A program made the translations under genes and the position numbers. A stretch of 64,000 nt of DNA from Octopus vulgaris (Eukaryota). Where the stretch lies: NCBI GenBank assembly GCA_951406725.2, contig OX597843.1, positions 18,972,001 through 19,036,000 of the forward strand. The letters run 5' to 3'. The notes under the pieces are model-generated. The model had not been told where the DNA came from. It saw nothing but the letters and a program-made list of their open reading frames with translations, and searched no databases. Below are positions 27,131 to 39,387 of this stretch, in pieces (position 1 is the stretch's first letter; every line of letters starts with the position of its first letter).

Positions 27131-27719
27131 TGTTTGTTTCGCCTTGTCTTGATTGTCGTGAATGAACGTCTTTCGTTTTCAGTGTTCTGCAGAGGCAGGT
27201 CTGGCCCTGGGCTAAATAAGGCTTCGCTTGGAAGCGACCCGTCCAACCCTTACAAGCGAATCGGGGGGGGGAACACATGATGTTACAACGATAAAGATGT
27301 GTGTGTGTGTGTGTATGTGTGTATGTGTATGTGTGTGTGTGTGTGCGTAGTGTGTGTATGTGTGTGTGTGTGTGCGTAGTGTGTGTATGTGTGTGTGTAT
27401 GTGTGTGTATGTGTGTGCGTGTGTGTGTATGTGTGTGTGTATGTGTGTATGTGTGTGTGTATATGTGTGTGTGTATGTATGTGTGGGTGTATGTGTGTGT
27501 GTGTGTGTATGTGTGTGCGTGCGTATAATTATAATCACTGTCGTCATGCTTTCACGTTACCAACACCGCCGCCGCCACCACCGTCATCCCCCCACCCGAC
27601 CCTATGATACCCCACTCAGTCTGATTACTTTAATTACCGTCATCACAACCATCTTTTAATTAGCGTTTATTTACATCAAAGCTTTCATCTCATTGTCTAC
27701 CTCCACCACCACCACCACC

Positions 27720-27781
<62 letters not shown>

Positions 27782-27803
27782 CATATAATATATGTATATA
27801 TAA

Positions 27804-27835
<32 letters not shown>

Positions 27836-27844
27836 ACATATAAC

Positions 27845-27885
<41 letters not shown>

Positions 27886-27907
27886 TTATATGTTATATAT
27901 ATATATG

Positions 27908-27979
<72 letters not shown>

Positions 27980-28034
27980 TTATATGTTATATATATATAT
28001 ATATAAAGCGTGTGTGCGTGTGTGTGTGTGCCAG

Positions 28035-28078
28035 GGATTAAGGTCTTTCATCTCCAGATAATCCGTAGCATTTAATCC
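28035..28078. promoter_or_regulatory. Cluster of three K50-homeodomain sites (GGATTA/TAATCC) in a TRPC intron
   Basis: GGATTA at 28035-28040, TAATCC at 28059-28064 and 28073-28078. Function is inferred only. Confidence 0.35.
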
Positions 28079-28339
28079 TCGCCATGATTGTGCCGGTGGT
28101 GGTGGTGGTGGTGGTGGTGTCACAGCGATCTTCTGCTGCACAGTAATCGCCGGGAGTGGTGGTGGTGGTGGGGGGGCGACTGAGTTCTATTCTTCGGGTA
28201 TTCGCTGCACACACGCACGCATACGTGCGTACATACATAGACGCAAACACATACGCACACATACACAGAGATAGGCACGTGAATACGACATATGCATAGT
28301 ACACACTTGCATATACAGACACACACACACACACACACA

Positions 28340-28472
28340 TTGTGTGGTAAGAAGCTTGCTTTCCAACCACATGGTTCCAGGTTCAGTCCCACTGCATGGC
28401 ACCTTGGGCAAGTGTCTTCTACTATAGCCTTGTGAATGGATTTGGTAGACGGAAACGGAAATAAGGCCATCG

Positions 28473-28528
<56 letters not shown>

Positions 28529-28683
28529 CGTGTGTGTGTGTTTACGTGCGTGTATATCGCTTGACAACCGACGCTGGTGTGTTTATGTTCCCGTAACGTA
28601 GACCGATAGACTAAGTACCAAGCTTGCAAACAATAAGTCTTGGGATCGATTCCTTCGACTAAATCTCTTTAAGTGGGTGCTCC

Positions 28684-28685
<2 letters not shown>
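28340..28685 (+). mobile_element. SINE family A, near full length
   Basis: tgtgtggtaagaagcttgc...gtagacggaaac...(TG)n...cgcttgacaaccg...gaccgataga. Confidence 0.85.
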
Positions 28686-28768
<83 letters not shown>

Positions 28769-28773
<5 letters not shown>

Positions 28774-29125
28774 ATATTGGCAGGGCTGGCCTGCTAGGTA
28801 GCCGGCCAGAATGCTAGAAGAAGATCATCAACGATCAAACTACAAGGGAAATTCTCTGGGGTTAGTTTGCATCACGAGGACCGAATGTACTGAAGAAGTC
28901 ACGGACACTTGAATTATGCAAGTAATTCTTTTGTTAAGACCGAAACCGAGGTATGCATTTAAGTCTGTTATTTATTTAATTTTTCATATGTCCTGCCCGC
29001 CAAAGTTGGTTCTGGTGTTCGCTGAATTCTTCTTCTAGAGAATTTCCCTTGTAGTTTGATCGTTGATGATCTTCTTCTAGCATTCTGGCCGGCTACCTAG
29101 CAGGCCAGCCCTGCCAATATACACA
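28769..29125. mobile_element. Foldback element with 89-bp inverted arms and a hammerhead motif in the spacer (PLE pLTR-like)
   Basis: 28769-28857 is the reverse complement of 29037-29125. Confidence 0.85.
28884..28959 (+). ncRNA. Type I minimal hammerhead ribozyme
   Basis: Stem I aatgta/tgcatt, core CTGAAGA, long stem II (gtc...gac, with internal gaatta/taattc), GAAAC, minimal stem III cgag, GTA cleavage triplet at 28951-28953. Confidence 0.65.
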
Positions 29126-29218
29126 TATATTTGAATTTTCTCTGACTCCTCAGATTTTTTGAATGCTGGACTACTGGTTTTAAATTGATATTAAAATTAA
29201 TATTAATTTATCTCCCTC

Positions 29219-29256
<38 letters not shown>

Positions 29257-29264
<8 letters not shown>

Positions 29265-29662
29265 GTTGTATACTGTCAATCTAACAAGAACGTGACAGTA
29301 GGGGGTACACCACCGCTGTATAGCCCTAGGAAGCATCGAACGCCTCCTGATAGCTTTGACACATTTTTTCCCTGTGTCCTTATATAGATATACGAAGGGG
29401 AGACAAACACCTCCGGCTGCCGGAACTGCATCTAGGGACACCGTGTTTCAGGATCGTTGTCCTTCATCGGCCTAGAGTAGCAGTATATAAGGACACAGGG
29501 AAAAAATGTGTCAAAGCTATCAGGAGGCGTTCGATGCTTCCTTGGGCTATACAGCGGTGGTGTACCCCTACTGTCACTTTCTTGTTAGATTGACAGTATA
29601 CAACCATTCTATCGCCCCACCACCGTACATGTCTCTACGAGAGATTTAGAAATTCAATATTT

Positions 29663-29664
<2 letters not shown>
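29257..29664. mobile_element. Foldback element with 130-bp inverted arms and a hammerhead ribozyme in the loop, inserted in (TA)n
   Basis: Arms at 29257-29386 and 29484-29612. The same sequence occurs unfolded at 60886-61163. Confidence 0.88.
29431..29476 (-). ncRNA. Type I minimal hammerhead ribozyme, U4C core variant
   Basis: Minus strand: tctagg CCGATGA agga caacga tcct GAAAC acggt GTC cctaga. Perfect 6-bp stem I, 4-bp stem II, near-palindromic stem III, GUC site. Confidence 0.75.
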
Positions 29665-30162
<498 letters not shown>

Positions 30163-30166
30163 GTAT

Positions 30167-30422
30167 ATATGAGTACAGGATGTTACCAACGGTGCAAATA
30201 GCATGAAATACAGAAACAAACGAGGGAAAAAATGTAAAAACAGGACAAGTAAACCCAGAGAAAGGAGCCTTTGTCAGTTGTCAGCTCCTCATTTCCAGCC
30301 CCTAATTTAACTTGTCCCCTTTTCCATTTTCTTCTCGTTGTTTATATATTTCACCCGTTTTTCTCGCGTTTCTTTATGCATGTCATGTCATTTGTACCTT
30401 TGGTGACGTCCTGTACCCATAT
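30167..30422. repeat. Imperfect inverted repeat with arms of about 60 bp, between microsatellites
   Basis: atatgagtacaggatgttaccaacggtgcaaat versus atttgtacctttggtgacgtcctgtacccatat. Confidence 0.65.
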
Positions 30423-30476
30423 TCATGTATATATACATACATATATACATACATACATGTACATATATATTTTTTC

Positions 30477-30863
30477 TTTTACTCGTTTCAGTCATTTGAC
30501 TGCGGCCATGCTGGAGCACCGCCTTTAGTCGAGCAAATCGACCCCGGGACTTATTCTTTGTAAGCCCAGTACTTATTCTATCGGTCTCTTTTGCCGAACC
30601 CGCTAAGTGACGGGGACGTGAACACACCAGCATCGGTTGTCAAGCAATGCTAGGGGGACACACACATACACACAAACACATACACACACATATACATTTA
30701 TACTACAGGCTTTTTTCAGTTTCCGTCTACCAAATCCACTCACAAGGCATTGGTCGGTCCGGGGCTATAGCAGAAGACACTTGCCCAAGATGCCACGCAG
30801 TGGGACTGAACCCGGAACCATGTGGTTGGTTAGCAAGCTACTTACCACACAGTCACTCCTGCG

Positions 30864-30866
<3 letters not shown>
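30477..30866 (-). mobile_element. SINE family A, full length
   Basis: Co-linear with 8911-9321. Confidence 0.9.
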
Positions 30867-30913
<47 letters not shown>

Positions 30914-31218
30914 TGTATGTATAGCTGAAATTTACAGAAAAACAAAAGACGAAGACAGGTGTATGAACAACAAGCAGGTGTATTAGTTTGATGTTCGGGG
31001 AAAGTCTTTTATGTTTCGACCCTACGCTCTCTAACAGAAAAGATTTAATTGAACGCGATGCCTCCATTTCCAAGTTTATATACATACATACATACATACA
31101 TTTTTACCGGTGATTGTGTTACATTATAAGGCACAAAAAGAAAATGACTCTCCCAGACACAACAGAATATGCTTCAACACACGAACTCATATAAAGAATC
31201 TTTCAAACCAAATCCCAA

Positions 31219-31272
<54 letters not shown>

Positions 31273-31566
31273 CTAGACAGGTAGCAATCAGATAGAATAA
31301 GCACCATAATAGAACATAACACACACAAAGACACACATACGACAGGCTTCCACGTAATTTCAATTTGCCAAACCCACTGACAAGGCATAGAGCGGTCCGG
31401 CTCTATAGACACTTGCTGAAATTGAATCTCAGGGACTGCGAAGCCCACACTCATGCTAGTCATGCGTGTTCCTATGTTGTCATATATTTTCATTAATTTG
31501 CGGAAGTTCATCTTTTTTTCTGTGTGTTTATTTCTTTTATTTTATTCTCAGTGAATTTTTCGATGA

Positions 31567-31618
<52 letters not shown>

Positions 31619-31772
31619 GTTTTCTTTGCTTATTATGAATCTCCGTACAATTGCTTAATGTGTTTTATTGATTGTTCATTATGAATCTCTATACATTTGC
31701 TAATGTCTGAATTTATGCTTTCCTCACCTTCGCTAATTGACTCATTTGTCTCCCTCACCCGTGTTTTATCAG

Positions 31773-31937
31773 TTTGTGTCTCACCCATCGATACAACAAA
31801 AGCTAGACCAAACATGGTACGCTGGTCAACATCGTCTGGAACATTCTGCCCTTCCTCAGAAAATCCTCGGTGTAATGCTCATCGTCTTATTCTATCCCAT
31901 ACTCCTCGGCTGCTATCTAATCCAACCAAAGTCACGG
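31773..31937 (+). CDS. TRPC-like channel exon (pre-S1 region)
   Basis: Acceptor ttttatcag, donor CGG/gtgagt, 165 nt. Encodes FVSHPSIQQKLDQTWYAG...YPILLGCYLIQPKSR, the FVAHPNCQQ.L..WY motif that follows ...YEQKK in TRPC channels. Confidence 0.92.
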
Positions 31938-32184
31938 GTGAGTACTCATTATTTTGTTTTTTATTTTGATTTTTGTTTCTCTTGTTGAAGATTTCGTCCC
32001 GGTCCATGCATTTTTAGTATATAAGTCAAAAGCCTGTCTGTCTGTCAGTCTTTGTCTATATATGTACATACACGCATTTCATCTTCATCATCTTCATCAT
32101 ATCATCGCCATTATCATCACCCTCGTCGTCGTCGCTGTCGCCGTCCTCCTCTTCTTCCTATTCATCATCATCATCGTCATCACC

Positions 32185-32239
<55 letters not shown>

Positions 32240-32242
32240 GTG

Positions 32243-32930
32243 CTGTTTATCTTAATATGAGATCACCATGTCGCGCACATGGTTGTGATGCATGTGCCTA
32301 GTGTATCCTTATCAGACGGTATACTGATGGGTATACTGGGCTTCGTATATTTTACCCCAGTGTCACTTTGATACCAGGCAGTGGCTCTCATGGCTTCTGA
32401 TCTTAACTGATTGGCAGTGTTATCATGTACATTGTTTTGTCTTGGTATAAAAGAGGGGCTACAGCAAATATTCTGCTCAGTACCACAGATTTGCTTGTCA
32501 GTTGTTTGACCTTAACCAGTTGAGCATGTCCCTTAGTGGCTGACGATATGTGCATCTCTGATCATGAGCAGAAGTAGTGGAGGAGCATCATAGCCGTGTG
32601 TTGAGAGGAATTCTTTGGGGTTTGAATAATTCACCTTTGGAAACATGGGTGGTTCGTTCAACATCCTTCAACAATCCTTATTCAGAGACCCTTTGAGTGG
32701 GATGGGCTACTCGACCAGAAGAAAATTCTAACTGGGCCCCCACCTGCAAGGTCATGTTCTGTTTATCTTGATATGAGACCACCATGTCACGCACATATGG
32801 TTGTGATGCATGAGCCTGGTGTATCCTTATCAGACAGGTAGTCATGATGAGTATACTGGGCTTCGTATATTTTATCCCAGTGTCACTTTGATGGCATGCA
32901 CTGCTCTCTCACTCAATAATAATAATAAAA
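32243..32930. mobile_element. Retroelement-end composite with 130-bp direct repeats and an (AAT)n tail
   Basis: 32243-32372 is repeated at 32759-32892. The inner part 32372-32512 matches the reverse complement of 40178-40320. Confidence 0.6.
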
Positions 32931-32931
32931 A

Positions 32932-33261
32932 CGGGTAAAGACCCCCTTCGGTCATGAATGACCATGGGATTGCACCTAGAAAGTTACCCTCCTAGACACA
33001 AGTCCGGGCAAGGTTGTTTATGGAAGACCAGCAGTCTCCCATGCATACCAGCCTCCCCTCTCTGCGCCACCAGTGTTATCCAAGGGAAAGACAAAGGTTG
33101 ATACAGCTTGGCACCAGTGACGTCGCAACTCATTTCTACAGCTGAGTGAACTGGAGCAACGTGAAATAAAGTGCCTTGCTCAAGAACACAACACGCAGCC
33201 CGGTCTGGGATTCGAGCTCACAACCTCACGATCGTAAGCTCGACGCTCTAACCACTGAGCC

Positions 33262-33262
<1 letters not shown>
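32932..33262 (-). mobile_element. SINE family B variant, full length, inserted in (AAT)n
   Basis: Near-identical to 29711-30045. Confidence 0.9.
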
Positions 33263-33316
<54 letters not shown>

Positions 33317-33444
33317 TAAAATAATTTTTTCTTGTTCATTATATATCTCCGAACATTTTCTGATGTGTTTGAATTTATGTTAATCTCAGCTTCGGTTATA
33401 AATTTAGTTGTTTTTATCATTCGTTCATCTGCCATGCTTTATTA

Positions 33445-33544
33445 NNNNNNNNNNNNNNNNNNNNNNNNNNNNNNNNNNNNNNNNNNNNNNNNNNNNNNNN
33501 NNNNNNNNNNNNNNNNNNNNNNNNNNNNNNNNNNNNNNNNNNNN
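33445..33544. other. Assembly gap (100 N)
   Basis: Exactly 100 Ns, typical of a scaffold join of unknown size. Confidence 0.99.
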
Positions 33545-34076
33545 GTTATTTTAAACATTCCACTAAAATGTTAAAACTTGCAAAATGTATCATGTTGATT
33601 AGATTTACGATCATTTATCTAATTAGTATTATCAGGTCATTCAACTGTCATTGTTCAAGTAATCAACATTTCACAAACAGCTACGTTCCAATCAAAGCAC
33701 CGGACGTAGATTTGTCTTCTACACGTTCATGTCTACTTTCACTCCAACAATGTTACACTAACACGAGACTGCGCACGCCTCCATGTCTTCAATGAAGTAG
33801 TTTCTTAGTTATATTCTCTACATGATATTCAGGCCCATTAGGCCGCAGTCTCTCTCAGTATCCAACATATTCCAACACCCGGGGATAGAAGACACCCCAC
33901 TAAAAGAGATGCCAGTCTGTTGCAAGTTTAACCCCTGGTTGTTGCTGGTATTTCTTCTCAGATGAGTGCAGTGGAAGTGTTTTCTAGTTGACAGAACTCT
34001 CAGAGCCAATAGTCTATGTGCCTATATAAATATATATATATATATATATATGTATTTATGTATACATATATGTATA

Positions 34077-34118
<42 letters not shown>

Positions 34119-34137
34119 TATACATATATATATATAT

Positions 34138-34225
<88 letters not shown>

Positions 34226-34912
34226 GTATGTGTGCTTTTTAGCTTCTTCTGTCTTCCGGATCTTTGGTCGCTCTCTTGTCAACCGGAACACAACTACTTT
34301 CTTCTTTTCTACTCTGCTTGGTGTTGTTAAATGAAATATAGCTTTGTATCGTCATAGCTCAGTCAATTCTACTACTAAGTCTGTCTATTGCGTGGCCTGT
34401 GGTTTTAGAAGTCTTTATACAACGCCTTAACTAATGTATTATTCTGTTTCCGTCTTATATAAAATTTTGTATGGATACAACTGCTTACAAAAATAGGGAT
34501 TCATGTATAATTTCTTTCTATCTTCATAATTAAATCAATATTTCAATGATTAGACAGAGGTCCAATAGAATAGCTCTCAGAAAAAGACTAAGTACAATTT
34601 CGTTCTTCATAACACCTGAACCTATTTTCTGACAATGGTGGGGATGTCAGGAATTGTTCCTACAGCCGGAGGCTCCAATTGAAACAGGGGACCCGAAATT
34701 AGAAGTTTGAGAAAGATTATAATATGTAAGCATTAAAAACATTATTTTTATGTGGTAAATGGCAATAAATTTTACAGAGGTTTTCTGCTGCTGTTAACTT
34801 TCAACAATTCAACAAGTTGTTTTCTGTTGATGTTGATGTTGCTGTAGTTAGCAGTAGTCGTACTAGTAAATATTGTGTTTGTAGTATATACTTTTCATAC
34901 CTAATATTACAG

Positions 34913-35096
34913 CCAGTATGTCGGTTCGCATTATCAACGAACGGTGTTACACTGAAGACTGAAAAGTCCTGCAGCACATACAGGAAACGAGTTCAAGCTA
35001 TGGTAGACAATATCTTTACATGCATTAACTGGACCAAAGGTATTTCTTGTGATGGTTGCTGCGTCGGAAACTTATGTAACGGGAATGATTTCATTG
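34913..35096 (+). CDS. Cysteine-rich exon, probably the C-terminal part of a Ly6/uPAR (three-finger) domain
   Basis: Acceptor atattacag, donor G/gtaagg. Encodes PVCRFALSTNGVTLKTEKSCSTYRKRVQAMVDNIFTCINWTKGISCDGCCVGNLCNGNDFI, ending in the CCxxxLCN motif. Confidence 0.6.
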
Positions 35097-35278
35097 GTAA
35101 GGGTTATTTATTGCCTAATATAACACCACCACCAGATTTATCACAAATTAATAGTTAATAAGAACGTTGTATTGTAGTTAATATAAAGGAAGATATTTTG
35201 ATGCGTGTATACGTGTGTGCATGTGTGTATATGTGTGTATGCACCTGCGGCAGTGCATTCACACATACATACTCACAG

Positions 35279-35309
<31 letters not shown>

Positions 35310-35699
35310 CGTGTACGCGTGTATATATGTATTGGTTTTTCATTCGTTTTAGGTCCATTATCCACGCATGCACCTATATTAATGAAATATCTTGAAGCCA
35401 GCATTTTTTCTGAATTAGAATGAAATTGAAGACTGCTGGTATTTACACAAAGGATTCTTCGCTACATGCATACAAGACACTAACTGTTCCGTTCCTTTGT
35501 TCCATCTATAAGAAGCTGAGACAAAATTCTTAATTTTCGCTCGAAGCCCCTGTTCCTATACGATTGCCAGTCTATCTATATAAACCACTACAAAACCAGG
35601 ACACGTTTTCTATAAGTGCAGACAAATGAATGTCTATGCATATAAAATCGATGTTTGAATGGTAGTTCCGTTGCCCAATATATATTTTAGGTTCATCTC

Positions 35700-36996
35700 C
35701 ACAGTATCACACAACCTTGGCACTGAATGCAATTAACTTTGCCAGAGAGTTACCATCTAGGCAGCTGTTCTCACGAATTCTGGGCTGCAGGTTATTTTGC
35801 GGCCAACGCTTTCCATCTTTCTCCCATTCAGCTCCACACACTCATAACCTTAGATATAGCTCTAAAAATGTTGTCCATTCTTCAGCTAAAACAGTCTCCG
35901 GTTCTTGTTGTGATGATGGTGGAGGATATCGATTCCTTACTTGTTTTTCTAAAATGCACCATAAATGTTCAATAACATTGCGATCTGAAGTCTGTGATGG
36001 CCAAGTAAGATTTTCAGCTTCACTAGAATGTTTCTCAGCCCATTCGATATCAACTTTGCCTTTGTGAATTGGTGCATTATAATCCTGAAAGATTGTGTTT
36101 CTCTCCGGAAACAGTTCCGCAAACATAGGTTGAATTTGATGCGATAAAATGCTTAAATAGACTTGACAATTAATTCTACCATGAAGGGAAACCATTGGGC
36201 CGGCACATTTCCAAGATATACCTCACCAGATCATCACTGATACTCCTCCATGTTTAACAGTTGGAAGAAGGCAGTATGGGTTAAATGCTTCTCTTGGCTG
36301 TCTCCACACGCATACTTGGCCGGTGGTCGGAAATGAAGTAAAGGATGACTCGTCTGAGAAAATAACATTCTTCCACTGCTCTAGGGACCAATTCTGTAGG
36401 TTTTTACTTCACTCTAAACGCTTTGCAGCTTTTGATTTTGAAAGTAGCGGTTTTCTGATTGCGGCCCTCCTGTCAGATCCGGCTTTGTGCAGCTGCCACC
36501 AAACAGGTTTTGTGGAAATCGGGTGCTTGATGTGGTCATTAATTTCTGCGGCAATTTTGGGAGCTGTACTTTTGTGGTCCTTTCTAAAAATTCGCGTAAG
36601 AGTCCGACGGTCTCTATCTGAAAGTTTTGGTTTTCTTCCGGAGTTTTGTGCCGACGAGCAGGTTTTTCTCTCTTTCTCAAAGGCTGTCATTACTTTCGAG
36701 ATAGTACTTCTTCATGCACCAAACATTTCGGCTGCTTTCGTTACGCTAGCGCCTGACATATGTGCACCAACAATTTGTCTTCTTTGAAAGTCCGATAAAT
36801 CTGTTACTTGAATGAATTTTAATTACCTTTTTCTTATGATATCTGGAAAGAAACAGCAATTTTAGCAGAACATATTAAGCAACACTAATAATAAATCAAA
36901 ACACATAAAAATAAACAAGCTTTTGATGTTTTATAGGTATTTCAAAATTATGATGCTATGATGCTAGGTGTTTCCAATTATATTATCCAATCCCTG
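35700..36996 (-). mobile_element. Tc1/mariner DNA transposon relic with a disrupted transposase
   Basis: GRKPKLSDRDRR, RKPLLSK, FSDES, FQDYNAPIH, WPSQTSDRNVIEHLW. One TIR-like end (TA/CAGGGATTGGA...GAAACACC) at 36967-36998; the other TIR was not found, so the left boundary is approximate. Confidence 0.88.
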
Positions 36997-37633
36997 TAGA
37001 ATTTTATATAAAAGCTACAGCATGGCAACGTGGAGAACGTTTAAAGAAAGATACCCAAAGCATGTACACTTATTCTGAAGCGTACATCAGTGTAATACAA
37101 TATCTGCTGTCTGAAACGTACAAAGATATAATGCAATCCTTTCGGGGTGTAAACATGAAGATAACCTGGGAAATAATAAATATGCCATCCACTTATGTAA
37201 GTTGTTCAGGGAAATGAAGTCTATGAACGTCGAAACATTTAATATTGTATCACAAAGTTTAATTGCTCCAAAAGAAAAATTAGATTTTTACCAAGAGAAG
37301 ACGTCGAAATTGTTTAATATTAAAGATTGACGTCGAAGAGGTAGAACGGAAAACCATAATACTATTCAACAAACAGCTACTAGTGTAGCAAATAACTATC
37401 CATTAAAACGCACTGAACAATGAAAACGAACCTCAATTCTAATAGATGTGGGAATAAACACTCTGTACCATGTATTCATTATAGTTCTCTTTCGTTTACA
37501 AACTGTAACATACATACATGCACATATATGGACGCAGTGCTTGTGTGTTGGATATTGTCGTAATTATCCTCCTAAGGTACTACGAAATCTGTTTCGGAAT
37601 ACGTGTTCACATCAAGAATCTTGCAAACCAACT

Positions 37634-37679
<46 letters not shown>

Positions 37680-38700
37680 TTGGAAAATGACCCTACAGCA
37701 ATACTGTACATACAGCTACATATACATTCATGTATAGAATACAATGCATCCATTGAGAGATGTAGATAAATATACATACATCCTTTCATAAATCCATGTT
37801 ACTATGCACACTTTCAAATCTACAACAATAAACATCTTTAACAGAATAGAATGAAACAATCCATTCTTTTATACAGTATAAATATGGTTATTCCTTTCAG
37901 AAAATAATCCAGAACCAAAATTGCTAATATTTTACAAAATAGTTCTGCAAACTTATTCGGTAACGTTAGTTTATGAAACTATTGTATTGAATATAAATTG
38001 CAATGTTCATCCATAATATTTGTATAGAGACATCTTTTTACGTATAAAAAAATAGTTCATAGCAATTGCTGGCTTTGAATATATAAATACATAAAGTATA
38101 CTACCCAGGAATTAATGCGCTTAAAATTTAATATTTTATATGATTTTGTCATTGTGTTTCCAGGTTCAAGTTCTGGTTATGAAATAGAGGATAGAACAGC
38201 AGAAATAAACTTATAAGTGGAAACTGAAAAAGTGCTTCGAAGAATCGGCTTAGTATTTTACGCCATACAATAATGTTTTCTCCATATATAATATTGAATA
38301 TATTTCCTTGTTAAGAAAATATATTTGTACCTTTCAAGGCAACACTATGCAACCGAGACATTGTATAACCTGCAATAATTCGATTTAGACAAGTTTCAGG
38401 GCCTCACTATTGCTTAAAACAGAGGAAAATAGAAAATGCTGTTACCTTGCGCACGTAAACGAAAGCAATTTATTCTAATCACTTGCCTTTGTCTGTTATC
38501 TGTGTTCGTAAAATTGCTGGAAAGCGGATGAACTGATTTTTATCACGTTTGGCAGAAATACTCATTGTGTGAGTGGCTCGAAATGATGAACATTTCGTTT
38601 GATTATCTTTAAAAACAAATCGAACTAATTTCCAGATAAGCAACCGGTCATATTATTTTGCTCACTTTCATTTTTATGTGAATCGAACCTCCTTTGAGTG

Positions 38701-38786
38701 TGTACGTATGTGACCATGGTGTACGTATGTGACCATGGTGTACGTATGTGACCATGGTGTACGTATGTGACCATGGTGTACGTATG
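38701..38786. repeat. 19-bp tandem repeat (tgtacgtatgtgaccatgg) x4.5
   Basis: Perfect units start at 38701, 38720, 38739 and 38758. Confidence 0.95.
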
Positions 38787-39387
38787 GGCCTAGATATTTG
38801 TGGGTACATACAAAAATGCAAACATAGATATGCAATTCTGAGTGTGTGTGTATGTATGTACAATGATGGATACGAGTTTTTGTTTATTTACGACTTGATT
38901 TATTGATTTCAAGGGAGTATAAATACCTAATAATGTCGATACTTAAAAACAAATTAAAATAAGTCGAACTTACAAATTTCCGGATAAGCAAGTGCTCACT
39001 TTTTCTTCTTTATTTTTCCAAATATGATTCGCTTCTAATACATCTTTAGTCAAACACTTACAAAGCTTAATTCGGTTCAATTTAAAAGCATAGGTAAGTA
39101 AGGCATTGTAAGCCACACTAAAATAATTAACTGCGTGTAGCGTCCCTCCGATGCCTTTTTAGTTTCATTTGATTTCAAGCTTTATCGATATTCTTTCCTA
39201 TTTCCAATTTCATGATATCAATGTAAGCTTTAAATTTGTTAAATAAAGGGTTTAATTTTACTTGTGGCTAATTTTACTTGTGGCTATCTTCGTTTTTTAG
39301 ATATAATACTGGAATTCTACAGTCTAAGTTCAAATACCACCCTAACAGGCAGTGATTTTATCAGTTATTTTAAACATTCCACTAAAA

